Part shown: piece after piece, positions 20,755-30,694 of the stretch
Numbering within the stretch: position 1 is the first letter of the stretch
Layout: each line of letters begins with the position of its first letter
Assembly (NCBI GenBank): GCA_038867615.1
Contig: JAWBYA010000003.1
Coordinates: 64,001 to 128,000 of the forward strand
Length of the DNA: 64,000 nucleotides
From: Sulfolobales archaeon
GTDB lineage: Archaea; Thermoproteota; Thermoprotei_A; Sulfolobales; AG1
Direction: 5' to 3'
Program-made: the position numbers and the translations under genes
Notes under the pieces: model-generated
Database searches by the model: none
What the model was told of the DNA's origin: nothing
The model's input: the letters and a program-made list of their open reading frames with translations, nothing else

Positions 20755-21341
20755 ATATAAAGAGGCTTCTCAGGATACGGGAACATGTTGCCAAAATACT
20801 GTTTGGATCAGATGATCTCAGGCTAGTCGATGGAAGAATTGTTAGCTGTGATAGTAAGGGTTGCATTGCAAGAGGGTTCCTCATAGTTAGGGATTTTACA
20901 GAAACACTGGACGATCTAGAGGGTAAGGATGTACAGAGAATACTTAACTCATACGTTAAAACCCTATCTCACAACGCACCAATAGATCTGAGGATTATTA
21001 TCTCACCGATCAAGCCAGAGGAGGTGATGAGCAAAATAGACAAGGCTATACAGGTTAAACAAATCATGCTCGAAGCAGACCCAACCAACGAGAAGCTGAG
21101 AACCGAGGTTGAGAGACTGAAGAGAATTAAGAAAAAGATACTCAGCGGAGAGACCCCCTTCTCGATAAACATGGTCTTCAGCGTTATCTCACAAGGATCT
21201 ACGGAGAATGAAGCCATAGAAAGGCTCTCACATAAGATCTCGATATTAAGGGAGGAGTTGAGAAGTATAGGAATATATACCGAGGATCTTAGAGGACTTG
21301 GGGCAATAGCCGCTCTTAATAGGTTTTTTCGTGGGGAGTAA
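20751..21341 (+). CDS. Hypothetical protein resembling the N-terminal domain of VirB4-like ATPases; probable non-canonical start
   Basis: The frame is open from 20721 (after TAA 20718-20720) but has no ATG/GTG/TTG until 21024. The upstream part reads as protein (IDIKRLLRIREHVAKILFG...GFLIVRD...DLRIIISPIKPEE). The start is uncertain. Confidence 0.6.
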   Translation: MDIKRLLRIREHVAKILFGSDDLRLVDGRIVSCDSKGCIARGFLIVRDFTETLDDLEGKDVQRILNSYVKTLSHNAPIDLRIIISPIKPEEVMSKIDKAIQVKQIMLEADPTNEKLRTEVERLKRIKKKILSGETPFSINMVFSVISQGSTENEAIERLSHKISILREELRSIGIYTEDLRGLGAIAALNRFFRGE

Positions 21342-22506
21342 TAGCCCCATACTGAGGATCCTCGATAGGATTCTTTGGAACAAACTCACAATAACCTCAT
21401 CGCAGGCCATATATCTCTCTCCATTTATAAAAACCAGTCTGCATTCTAGGGGTAGAAGTGCTAGCGGGATACCGCTTGGAAGAGTCATAAACAGTGGTAG
21501 GAATATCTTCTGGAACCCGAACATCTCAATGAGCCCCCACGTGGTTGTGGTTGGACCAACAGGGTCTGGGAAAACAGAGACGCTCCTGAGCATAGCTACC
21601 AAGATGAACTCGCTCTACTCACTCACCGTGCTGATGATCGATGTTAAGGGAGATATTAGAAGTAGGCTGGAGAGGAGGGGCTATTTCTTCAATCTCATAG
21701 ATGTACCTAGAGATCCTCTGGGATCTTTATATCCATACTATATAGACACTGTTGGCAGGGCTGGACAGGTATTTGAATCCATAGTCTCCTCCTACGAGGT
21801 ACATGACGTCAGGATTCAAGCCTCTCTCTATAAGGCTATAAAGAAAGCATATGAAACAACACCACTCCCAACATGGCAGCATATTATGGCAGGGCTTGCT
21901 GACGAAGAAAACCCCGAGAGCATAATGATCTCAAGGATGTTGGATGAGATAGCGTTTCTCGACGGTGGACCGCATAATATAGGGCACTACTCACTCAGAG
22001 AAGGTATTATTAATGTGATCTCCCTAGCCGGGATCTCGAAGGAGAGGGAAGAGATGCTAAGCTACGCGATGAACATGGTGTTCCACGATATGTTGAACTA
22101 CATGTCTTCAAGAAGCATAGACCCAAAGACCATAAGGGGGGTTCTCGTAATAGATGAGGCATGGGTGCTGAGCAAACATGGGAAGAGCTCTAACAGAGTG
22201 CTAAACTTGATAAAGCTCAGCAGAGGCTATGGTCTCTCAGTCCTTCTAGCCACCCAGAGTTTCAGGGATTTTGGTGATAGCTGGGATAGGATTCTAGAAA
22301 ACACTGGAGTCCTCATAGTGCTTAATACTCCGAGCAAGAGATTCTGGATCGATGCATCCAATTTCCTGAAAATAAGCAGAGAAGCCATAGAAGATCTCAT
22401 GGTCGTACTTGGTAAAGGAGACGCGCTCATAAGAGTCCTCCCGGATCCAAGGCCTATCCCAGTATCCCTCGAAAACGATGTTGAGGAAGCAAGAGAAGGG
22501 TTCTAA
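21331..22506 (+). CDS. HerA/VirB4/FtsK-superfamily P-loop ATPase
   Basis: IPLGR...W, PHVVVVGPTGSGKT (Walker A), IDVKGD, LVIDEAW (Walker B), SRGYGLSVLLATQS (Arg finger and ATQ), LGKGDAL. Confidence 0.9.
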   Translation: MGSNSPILRILDRILWNKLTITSSQAIYLSPFIKTSLHSRGRSASGIPLGRVINSGRNIFWNPNISMSPHVVVVGPTGSGKTETLLSIATKMNSLYSLTVLMIDVKGDIRSRLERRGYFFNLIDVPRDPLGSLYPYYIDTVGRAGQVFESIVSSYEVHDVRIQASLYKAIKKAYETTPLPTWQHIMAGLADEENPESIMISRMLDEIAFLDGGPHNIGHYSLREGIINVISLAGISKEREEMLSYAMNMVFHDMLNYMSSRSIDPKTIRGVLVIDEAWVLSKHGKSSNRVLNLIKLSRGYGLSVLLATQSFRDFGDSWDRILENTGVLIVLNTPSKRFWIDASNFLKISREAIEDLMVVLGKGDALIRVLPDPRPIPVSLENDVEEAREGF

Positions 22507-22728
22507 CCACGCGTCCTCCGAAGGCTATGCTGTTCTAGCTTCTATCTCAACATCTCAGTAGCTCCTCTCTATGCTCTATGTAAGCCTCTACTTATTATAC
22601 TGTGGAGCAAAAACACTACCAAGCACCCCGGCTACTGTGCTAACTACCCATAGACATATATTAAACCTGTAGATCGCCGATTAGCTATTGGAGAAAAAAA
22701 ACTATTGGTGGGACGTAACACATATTAC

Positions 22729-23208
22729 TTATAGCTCTTTGAAGAAGACGTATAGCAGGGGTTTAAAGCCCAGGCTTGTATAGAACTCAACAGCTATTTT
22801 GTTCATAGGGGGAAACTCGGCCGATATGAGTGTCACTCCCCTGGACTTAAGGATCTTTGTTAGTGATGATATTAACGCTTCACCCACGCCCTTTCTCCTA
22901 TAGCTTGGAAGCACATATAGATCTGTTATCACGCCTGCTATGAGGGGTTCGTAGAAGATTCTAGATCTGATCTCAGTCCTTATGACGCCCACCACCCTTC
23001 CCGAAGACTCAGCTACAAGGGTTATCACATCCTCCCTGCCTAGTGAATCGCTTATATATTTCCTCACAACCTCCGGCGCCTCTTGCCTCACAGTATATAG
23101 TGGGTCGAACTCCTCGTTGAGCTTTTTAAGTCTTAGAACCAGGTCTGATATTTGTTCCACATCCTCTTTCCTAGCAATCCTTATTATATATTCACTCTCT
23201 CCAGCCAT
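22729..23208 (-). CDS. GNAT family N-acetyltransferase
   Basis: LYVLPSYRRKGVGEAL acetyl-CoA motif; N..A..FY.SLGF. Confidence 0.9.
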   Translation of the reverse strand: MAGESEYIIRIARKEDVEQISDLVLRLKKLNEEFDPLYTVRQEAPEVVRKYISDSLGREDVITLVAESSGRVVGVIRTEIRSRIFYEPLIAGVITDLYVLPSYRRKGVGEALISSLTKILKSRGVTLISAEFPPMNKIAVEFYTSLGFKPLLYVFFKEL

Positions 23209-23214
23209 GATATA

Positions 23215-24567
23215 TCACCATAACTCTTTTATCAAACCAGACCTCATAAGCGTCTCGTGCTTCGATCTGGAGGATATTATCTGGGTCTTAATATCCTCCA
23301 AAAGCTCTTCCCTAGAAGGCGACAACCTACTGATCCCAAGCTCTATAGCCTTAAGCCCCACTGCAAGGGCTGTCTCAACATATGCCTCCCACTCCTCCAT
23401 CGTCGGGATTATATAGTCCTCCCTAAGCCCCTTCTTCTCGGCATATCTAGCAAGGGTCTCTGCAAACACTATGGCCATCTCGTCTGTTATAGCTTTAGCC
23501 CTCACGCTGAGAACTCCTCTAAACATTGCTGGGAATACCAGGCTGTTGTTTATCTGGTTCGGGAAGTCGCTCCTACCTGTAGCTACTACCTTCGCCCCGG
23601 CCTCGCTTGCTTCCCAAGGCCATATTTCTGGGACAGGGTTGGCTAGGGCGAACACTATAGGGTCTTTATTCATATCTTTAACCCACTCTTTCTGTATCAC
23701 ATTAGGCCCTGGCCTTGATGCTGCTATAACGACATCCACACCCTTTAGGGCTTCCCTAATCCCTCCTTTCCTCCCATCCGCGTTGGTCTTTATCGCTAGC
23801 TCGTATTTCCATGGGTTCTCGAATGCAAGCTTATCTATATCATCCCTCTCGCTATGGAGTATGCCTTTTGAGTCAACCATAACGAGGTTTCCGGGCTTTG
23901 CTCCATATTTTATCAATAGATTCGCTGTTGCTATGTTCGACGCCCCCGCCCCTATCATAGCTATTGTAACATCTGAGATCTTCTTCCCAACAATCTTGAG
24001 AGCGTTTATCAGCCCAGCCAGTGTTGCTGTCGCCGTACCCTGCTGATCATCGTGCCAGACAGGAATACTGAGCTCTTTCCTCAGCCTCTCAAGCACATAG
24101 AAGCATTTAGGGCTCTCGATATCCTCTAGGTTGATGCCTCCAAACGCTGGCTCAACGCTTTTAACGATCTTTATAAACTCATCCGTGCTACTAGCCCTTA
24201 TGGGTAGTGGTACTGCATCGACACCGCCGAGGTATTTGAATAAGAGCGCCTTACCCTCCATGACTGGATAGCTTGCCTCAGGGCCTATGTTTCCGAGACC
24301 AAGTACTCTTGTTCCATCAGTCACTACTGCTATCATATTCCACCTGGATGTTAGTGTGAACGATAGATCGGGATCTCTGCTTATAGCCCTTGAGGGTTCA
24401 GCGACGCCCGGCGTGTACCATATGGCGAAATCTTCAAGCCTCTTTACAGGGACTTTGAGCGTTATCTCTATCTTTCCTCTATATACATTATGCAACTTAA
24501 GGGATAACGCATACCATTTATCGGTTAAGCCTGAGCCTTGTTTTCCTAAACCCTCACCATCAACCAT
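23215..24567 (-). CDS. NAD(P)-dependent malic enzyme
   Basis: [57 protein letters not shown]. Confidence 0.96.
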   Translation of the reverse strand: MVDGEGLGKQGSGLTDKWYALSLKLHNVYRGKIEITLKVPVKRLEDFAIWYTPGVAEPSRAISRDPDLSFTLTSRWNMIAVVTDGTRVLGLGNIGPEASYPVMEGKALLFKYLGGVDAVPLPIRASSTDEFIKIVKSVEPAFGGINLEDIESPKCFYVLERLRKELSIPVWHDDQQGTATATLAGLINALKIVGKKISDVTIAMIGAGASNIATANLLIKYGAKPGNLVMVDSKGILHSERDDIDKLAFENPWKYELAIKTNADGRKGGIREALKGVDVVIAASRPGPNVIQKEWVKDMNKDPIVFALANPVPEIWPWEASEAGAKVVATGRSDFPNQINNSLVFPAMFRGVLSVRAKAITDEMAIVFAETLARYAEKKGLREDYIIPTMEEWEAYVETALAVGLKAIELGISRLSPSREELLEDIKTQIISSRSKHETLMRSGLIKELW

Positions 24568-24658
24568 AACACGACCTCCCGTAAAAAGTACTGTAAGTAA
24601 GAACATAAGAACAAAAGTATTATTTAAAAACGATCTAGACGATTATGATCTATGACTA

Positions 24659-24841
24659 CTAGCACTCGTAATCCTCAGGAAGCTTTGCTCTGAAATACTT
24701 GCCCGTCTCAGGGCTCTTAAAGAGACCTATCTTAACCCCCTTTCTACCCTTAGGAGCTAGAGGCCATACCTTTTCAGGAGCTATTTCAATCTCTTTTCCC
24801 GTAGTTGTGTCTTTTACCTTAACCTTATTCTTGCATACCAT
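24659..24841 (-). CDS. creN7: Chromatin protein Cren7
   Basis: [30 protein letters not shown] signature; ATG at 24841. Confidence 0.96.
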   Translation of the reverse strand: MVCKNKVKVKDTTTGKEIEIAPEKVWPLAPKGRKGVKIGLFKSPETGKYFRAKLPEDYEC

Positions 24842-24932
24842 GATATGTCCCATAAAAATGTATACCATGAGCAATATAAAAATTACGTCAAACCCTCAAT
24901 ATGGAACGATCCATCTATATGGTGCATAGTCA

Positions 24933-24994
24933 AGGATCAGATCGGAGTCACACATCACTTGGTCAGAAGCGCCTCGGCTTCTTCATCAAGATCT
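24933..24994 (-). ncRNA. C/D box methylation guide sRNA
   Basis: The minus strand reads GATC-TTGATGA(C)-AGAAGCCGAGGCGCTT-CTGA(D')-CCAA-GTGATGT(C')-GTGACTCCGAT-CTGA(D)-TCC, about 60 nt and intergenic. Confidence 0.75.
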
Positions 24995-25100
24995 CTTCTC
25001 CATGGGGGCTAATTAATAATAATGCTTGATTGAATTCTCCCACCCATATATCATCGATCGGTCTAAACGAGAGATATAAGCATTTTAGGTATTCCAACAT

Positions 25101-25349
25101 ATGGTGAGCCCCATAAGCGAGGCCCGCGTACTAGATCTTGAGAAGGAGGCTAAGAGGTGCGGGGGCGTTGTTGCTGCTATCCTCTCTAGCCTTAGAAAAA
25201 TAAAGAAAGGAGAGAGGCTAAGGATAAGTGCCGTAGAAGCCCAGGTGAGAGAGCTCAGCGAAGCCCTGGATCTGTTCACCAGATATGGATTGATCCAGGT
25301 GGTTGACAGAATATCTGATAGAGAGATAGTTATTGAGAAGGTGAAATAA
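25101..25349 (+). CDS. TusA/SirA-like small protein
   Basis: 82 aa; VLDL....CGG..., IKKGERLRI and a C-terminal IVIEK match the TusA fold layout. Confidence 0.55.
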   Translation: MVSPISEARVLDLEKEAKRCGGVVAAILSSLRKIKKGERLRISAVEAQVRELSEALDLFTRYGLIQVVDRISDREIVIEKVK

Positions 25350-25444
25350 TGCACCAACACCTAAATACAGCGGGGCCCTTGACACCCACACATGATCGGT
25401 TGTTGTGCTATTTTACACTACCCTATAACTAGGTAGGGGTTGAA

Positions 25445-26359
25445 ATGAACAAACTAGGTATAGTGGGAGCGGGTAAGTGGGGCTCAACAATAGCCACAAG
25501 AATCCATGAAACAGGTATAGCTAGTATATCTATAGTATATGATAAGGATATCGAGAGAGCACGTCTTCTCGCAGAGAAAGTAGGTGCAGCTGTAGCCAGA
25601 GATCTAGGTGACTTTGATAAACACAGAGACCTCCTAGGAATAATAGTTGCCACCTCTATAGACAGCCTAGCCCATGTATCAGCAGAGCTGATCAAGATGG
25701 GGTTCAATGTGTTAATAGAAAAGCCCGTAGCCGAAAGTCTAGATAAAGTAAGGATGCTGAGAAACCTGGCCGAAAGTAGACGTGTAGTTGCTATGCCCGG
25801 CTTTATAGTGAGATTCGATCCGATAAGCGTGTGGATCAAGAATCGTTTATCAAGAGACAAGGAATCCCCAGAAGATCTATACATACTCAGGCTAAGTAGA
25901 AGACCCCCATGGGCTAAAGCGAACAGCATCATACTAGATCTTGCAATCCACGACATAGATCTAGCTAGATATCTAATAGACAGCGACATAGATCCCGTAA
26001 GTTGGTCTATACATAACCTCGAGATAGACCAGGCATTCACAATGTATGCCAAACATAGAGGTGGTAGCGTGTTTATCAACGTAGACGGTGTTTCGAAGAA
26101 TAAGGTGAGGAAGGTTATTATCTCACTCACTAAGAGCTATCTCGAGGGCGACTATGTTAATCAATACATAATTAGCAAAAGCGAGGGTAGCGAATACGAG
26201 CACCTAAAGATCAAAGGTACAGAGGCGCTTGTGAAGGAGATAACGGCTTTTATCGATAAATGCAGAGGAGCAGATGTTGCTGAGGCACCAACACTACTCG
26301 ATGCAGAGAAAGCCCACGAAATCATCAACCGCGTGTTCTCTAGAAAAAACCATTACTAG
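25445..26359 (+). CDS. Gfo/Idh/MocA family oxidoreductase
   Basis: GIVGAGKWG, VLIEKP, GFIVRFDP, DLAIHDID. Confidence 0.92.
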   Translation: MNKLGIVGAGKWGSTIATRIHETGIASISIVYDKDIERARLLAEKVGAAVARDLGDFDKHRDLLGIIVATSIDSLAHVSAELIKMGFNVLIEKPVAESLDKVRMLRNLAESRRVVAMPGFIVRFDPISVWIKNRLSRDKESPEDLYILRLSRRPPWAKANSIILDLAIHDIDLARYLIDSDIDPVSWSIHNLEIDQAFTMYAKHRGGSVFINVDGVSKNKVRKVIISLTKSYLEGDYVNQYIISKSEGSEYEHLKIKGTEALVKEITAFIDKCRGADVAEAPTLLDAEKAHEIINRVFSRKNHY

Positions 26360-28317
26360 ATCCTCTCCAGAGGCTTTATACCCAGAGCCATCAATCCTTT
26401 CGCAAGAACCTGCCTTACTCCCCTCACTAGATGGAGTTTATATGCTCTAGCACCTGGATCCGGATCCCTTATAACCTGATCCTCTTGGTACCATGAGTTA
26501 AAGAGATCCGATATCCTGTTAAGCATCGAAGCTATATCCTCGGTTTTAAGCTCATCTATAGCCTTAGTAAGCTCCGTCGGTGCTCTTGAAATCTCGATCA
26601 AGAGCTGTCTTCTCCGACCCTCAGCCCCTGCTTTGAAATCAACCTCACTTAGAGGGGGTATGCTTTCAGCTTTGTTTAGAATGCTTGAAGCCCTCGCGTA
26701 GGTATACATAATATATGGTGCTGAGTTTCTCTCAAGGTTAAGTACCTCCTCAACCCTGAATACTATCTGCTTCGATGGCGAGACCGAGGCTAGAGCGTAT
26801 TTTATTGCAGAGACAGCTATTACCTTCGCTATATCCTCAGAGGTCTTTACCCCCCTCCCGCTTAGGATCTCGCTGCTCTTATTGATCGTCATCTCGATTA
26901 CCTCGTCAAGCGTTACATATCTACCTCTCCTTCCACTCATTCTCTGCCCAGGTAGCATGACCATCTCATAGCTATAGTGGATCAGGTTTGAGGCCTCCCT
27001 CTTAAATCCCAATGCATATAGCGCTAGCCTTAGCTGGGCTTGTGGGAGCATCTGTTCAGAGGCTATTATGTTTATAACATGATCCGCACCGCTTTCGGAG
27101 AACTTCTTCACGCTATACCCTATATCTCTCACTGTGTATAATGTTGTCTCATCGCTTCTCATAAGTATCAGTGGCGGGATCTCTAGGGTTCTGGGTAGTC
27201 TCAACTCCTCCCTTATATCCCTCTCCTTCAAGATCTCATCGAATACAAGGGCGGGGGCTCCTTTATAGTAGCTAAAGTACCTCGAGGATCTAGCTGCTTG
27301 TATAACCTGCTCAACAACCCCCTCCCATGCTAAGTCGCTCTCATAGTCCCAGTAATCGAAGTGGGCTCCAAGTGTTTCTAGGGTCTTTTTGAACCCAGCT
27401 ATGCATAGATCTACGGCTTTTCTAAAAGCCTTAACCACCTGAGGATCTGAGGCCTTCTCATACGAGATCATTAGCTTTGATATCTCAGCCTCGGGATCCT
27501 CGATTTTTGATAGTTTCTGAACAAGCGTGTCGAATATGGATGGATACTTGCTACTCAGTCTAGAAGCGTCTGCCATCAACTCATCAAGGATCTTTAGCTT
27601 CTCCCTATACCCCTCGGGATCCTCTTCCTTCAGCCTCTCCAGCTTTTTCTTCAGCTGGATGATCTCTATGATTGTGTTTGTCGACGCATATATATATCCG
27701 ATCCAGTGATCCTCTTTAACACCCTCAGGAGGATCAGGCATCCCGAGGAGCATAAAGCCTAGAACCATGATCGCAACCTGCCTACCCATATCGTTAATAT
27801 AGAACCTTGTGATCACCTCATGCCCCCTAAGCCTGAGCATCGATGATATAGCGATCCCGAGAGCGGCGTTTCTTCCAGAACCTATGTGGAGCGGATGCAC
27901 AGGATTTGCTGAGACATATTCCACAACATATCTCTTCGGATTATTGGTTCTCACAACACCATATAGATCCTTGAACTCCTCTATAGCGTGGAAAGTTATT
28001 TTAGAGAGTTCCTGGGTATTGATCCATATGTCGAGATACCCGGAAGAGAGCGATACCGACTCGATATACTTGTTCTTAAGGAGCTTGTCTTTAATAGTAT
28101 CGTAAATATGCTCCGGGCTAGAACCAAGCTTCTTAGAAACAGCATGGAGAGGTATAGCTATGTCTCCTAACTCGTATCTAGGCGGGATCTCGATCCTCAG
28201 ATCGTTCTCCGGGATAGATAGCTCTTTAGAGAGATCTCTCCTCACACTCTCAGCAATATATCTAAAAGGCTCGCTCACAAGCTCCACAATAACCACTTTC
28301 CATAAGATGCTAAGCAC
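26356..28317 (-). CDS. argS: Arginine--tRNA ligase
   Basis: EYVSANPVHPLHIGSGRN (HIGH), YINDMGRQ, MSGRRG, YIMYTYARASSIL. The true start may be slightly downstream. Confidence 0.97.
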   Translation of the reverse strand: MLSILWKVVIVELVSEPFRYIAESVRRDLSKELSIPENDLRIEIPPRYELGDIAIPLHAVSKKLGSSPEHIYDTIKDKLLKNKYIESVSLSSGYLDIWINTQELSKITFHAIEEFKDLYGVVRTNNPKRYVVEYVSANPVHPLHIGSGRNAALGIAISSMLRLRGHEVITRFYINDMGRQVAIMVLGFMLLGMPDPPEGVKEDHWIGYIYASTNTIIEIIQLKKKLERLKEEDPEGYREKLKILDELMADASRLSSKYPSIFDTLVQKLSKIEDPEAEISKLMISYEKASDPQVVKAFRKAVDLCIAGFKKTLETLGAHFDYWDYESDLAWEGVVEQVIQAARSSRYFSYYKGAPALVFDEILKERDIREELRLPRTLEIPPLILMRSDETTLYTVRDIGYSVKKFSESGADHVINIIASEQMLPQAQLRLALYALGFKREASNLIHYSYEMVMLPGQRMSGRRGRYVTLDEVIEMTINKSSEILSGRGVKTSEDIAKVIAVSAIKYALASVSPSKQIVFRVEEVLNLERNSAPYIMYTYARASSILNKAESIPPLSEVDFKAGAEGRRRQLLIEISRAPTELTKAIDELKTEDIASMLNRISDLFNSWYQEDQVIRDPDPGARAYKLHLVRGVRQVLAKGLMALGIKPLERI

Positions 28318-28359
28318 TAAACCTAATAAGGAGGTAGGGGTTAGGAGCCCTGTGCATTG

Positions 28360-28462
<103 letters not shown>

Positions 28463-28576
28463 TTGCCAAGATATCTTTCGCCCCGAACCCTTATATTTGT
28501 TACAAACCTCGTTTAGCATTGTAATAAGACCCCCGGTGCGAATTAATAAAAACCCTGCTTATTTAATATATTATTG

Positions 28577-28652
28577 GCGGCGGTCGTCTAGCCTGGTCTA
28601 GGACGCCGGCCTCCCGAGCCGGCGATCCCGGGTTCAAATCCCGGCCGCCGCA
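28577..28652 (+). tRNA. tRNA-Gly(CCC)
   Basis: GCGGCGG acceptor stem, CCGGC-CT CCC GA-GCCGG anticodon arm, GGTTCAAATCC T-arm; CCA not encoded. Confidence 0.95.
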
Positions 28653-28817
28653 CTGAGATACTAGCCATGCTGGATACGTCTCGCCTAATTGTTTTAAGCC
28701 GGCGGTAAATAGTCCACAAGGCCCGCGTAATGGATTCCGAGAGATTGATCAACAACTTCCTAACAACGATCATTGGTTTTCCATAGAATAACGACTATAA
28801 CGGGTGGGAAAGTGTAA

Positions 28818-29237
28818 TTATTTCTTGACTGTTGTTAGATCTTGCAAGATTTCTCCCCTAAAGAGTGTGGTGAGCATTTCTGTAAGCCTTTTTCTCGTAG
28901 CTTCGCCTGTTGGTGAGAGCATGACTATCTCTGTATCTCCCTTCGGCGAGAATTCCGAGATCACTTGGAGGCAAGCGCCGCATGGAGGGATTGGTTTGCT
29001 GTGATCCGAGATCACATATACCCTTGATATTGCTCTACAACCTTCTGAGACGGCTTTAAAAACAGCCACTCTCTCAGCACATACTGAGAGACCGTATGAG
29101 GAGTTCTCCACATTAACCCCTGTATATATTCTTCCATCTTCACACATGACCGCAGATGCTACCCTGAACCTTGAATATGGGGAGTATGAGTTTTTTATCA
29201 CCTCTAAGAGGATCTTCAAGACCTCCTTCTCGTCCAC
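28818..29237 (-). CDS. cdd: Cytidine deaminase
   Basis: SYSPYSRFRV, GVNVENSSY, CAERVA and PCGAC zinc motifs. Confidence 0.95.
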   Translation of the reverse strand: MDEKEVLKILLEVIKNSYSPYSRFRVASAVMCEDGRIYTGVNVENSSYGLSVCAERVAVFKAVSEGCRAISRVYVISDHSKPIPPCGACLQVISEFSPKGDTEIVMLSPTGEATRKRLTEMLTTLFRGEILQDLTTVKK

Positions 29238-29330
29238 ACGATCACCGTACTATTTAGATAAATCGCTAGTAATAACAATATCATCGTAGATCAAGCTATT
29301 TATTATCGCCTTGTAATATTAAATAGTGGT

Positions 29331-29417
29331 GCCGCCGTAGCTCAGCTGGGAGAGCGACCGGCTGAAGAATGCTCGGCAGAGACCGGTAGGTCCGGGGTTC
29401 AAATCCCCGCGGCGGCA
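29331..29417 (+). tRNA. tRNA-Phe(GAA) with a 14-nt intron at 37/38 (29368-29381)
   Basis: GCCGCCG acceptor, ACCGG-CT GAA G-[AATGCTCGGCAGAG]-A-CCGGT, GGTTCAAATCC. Confidence 0.94.
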
Positions 29418-29625
29418 TCTATTGTGAATAGTAATCAGCAACCCCGTAATAAGCAGAAAAACAAGCCATAATCGGTTGCTCCTGGTATTATGAGGGTTTA
29501 TGAGAACCGATACTAGATCCGCAGATATGCGAAAACCTAAGCTGAAGAAATATAATCAGAACGATGTACCCTGCTCACGATAAGGGCTACAACTACATAG
29601 AGTCCTGTTTATCGATACCCATGGA

Positions 29626-30189
29626 TTATAATTGAAAGCCTGCTTTTCTGAGCCTATGTATTATTGTTTTCATATCTTCAAATAATTGCGCAAACCTCTT
29701 GATCTCCTGGATGTTGGCCTTAAGCTCTCCGTTCTCCACTAGATCCGCATATCTAGCGAGATCTTCTACAGATTCTTCGGAACCAGCCCTTGCCTTTAAA
29801 ACTATATGTTGCTCGGGTGTTAGGATTCTCACGTTAATACTATCTAGGCTAATGATCCTTGACGCTTCTATGATCTCCGTTGGGACATAGAAGTCATAGA
29901 GAGCCTCGTAGAGATCAACTACTATCTCCTCACCCCTATTTCTAATGATCAGAGAGGGGGTTCCAAGTTCTGTAGATCCCACATCCCATCCCATTTCATC
30001 AGCAATGCTTCTCAGGCTGCTTTCAACAGATACCAGGGATCCCTCGTATATATATAGATCTACATCATCTTCAAAAACCCTCTGCCCCATAGCATAATAA
30101 ATACAGGTATTACCTATTATCACGAACCTAAGTCCTAAATCCTCTAGCTGTTTAAAGAGAAACACTAGATCTTCAAGCCTATACCCCGT
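29626..30189 (-). CDS. Pol-beta-superfamily nucleotidyltransferase-like protein (start GTG 30165 or ACG 30189)
   Basis: FVIIG, DDVDLY, VDL and PEQHIVLKARAG...D motifs; the frame is open up to 30189. Confidence 0.7.
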   Translation of the reverse strand, partial: TGYRLEDLVFLFKQLEDLGLRFVIIGNTCIYYAMGQRVFEDDVDLYIYEGSLVSVESSLRSIADEMGWDVGSTELGTPSLIIRNRGEEIVVDLYEALYDFYVPTEIIEASRIISLDSINVRILTPEQHIVLKARAGSEESVEDLARYADLVENGELKANIQEIKRFAQLFEDMKTIIHRLRKAGFQL

Positions 30190-30532
30190 TTATACCCCCA
30201 CGATTCATGCTCCCAAAGAGCTAATTAAGCACATCGGGCGACGCCACATGGCACATATAAATCTCCTATAATCATAGAAGGGCTTCTCTTCTGTTTATTA
30301 ACTTCTCTAAGCCTCTGCGGAGATCCTGGAGAACAATGTCTGCGGACTTGCTCTAGAAATTTAGAATGCCGTAGCCAGCTGCTTCGAGTTTCATGATGGT
30401 TTATAAGGATTGATATTAAACCCGTAGTTCTGCAGTAATGGAACATTATATAAGCCCTGTTATTCTATGGGGATGCCCGCCCAACAATGAGGGTAAAAAA
30501 TAAAGACCGAGTGGGTGGGTTAAAAGAGATCC

Positions 30533-30634
30533 AGGATGTGGGGGTTTCCCCACAGCATTGAGCTGAGGCCGAGAAAGCCATGGGAAGAGCGGTTGATATC
30601 AAGCAATATCAACCGCTATGAAGCCCGAACCCCT
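30533..30634 (+). mobile_element. Probable IS200/IS605 (tnpB) 3'-end remnant with a 12-bp hairpin
   Basis: GATGTGGGGGTTTCCCC...GAAAGCC...AGCGGTTGATAT-caagca-ATATCAACCGCT-ATGAAGCCCGAACCCC; homologous copy at 49144-49190. The family assignment is inferred. Confidence 0.4.
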
Positions 30635-30694
30635 AGAAAGAAATACTCCTAATAGTAAATTCTCATAGACCGGTAATGCTTTTATACACAACAC

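Noticed and set aside
21331-22506. Canonical repair HerA
   Set aside because: It is short, has no evident N-terminal HAS barrel, and has no nurA, mre11 or rad50 neighbours.
28818-29237. Cytidine deaminase between tRNAs as a tRNA C-to-U editor (CDAT8-like)
   Set aside because: There is no THUMP domain, the neighbouring tRNAs already encode T8, and the motifs are those of ordinary tetrameric Cdd.
29418-30694. Integrated element at tRNA-Phe
   Set aside because: No integrase and no duplicated tRNA 3' end (att site) were seen in the window.
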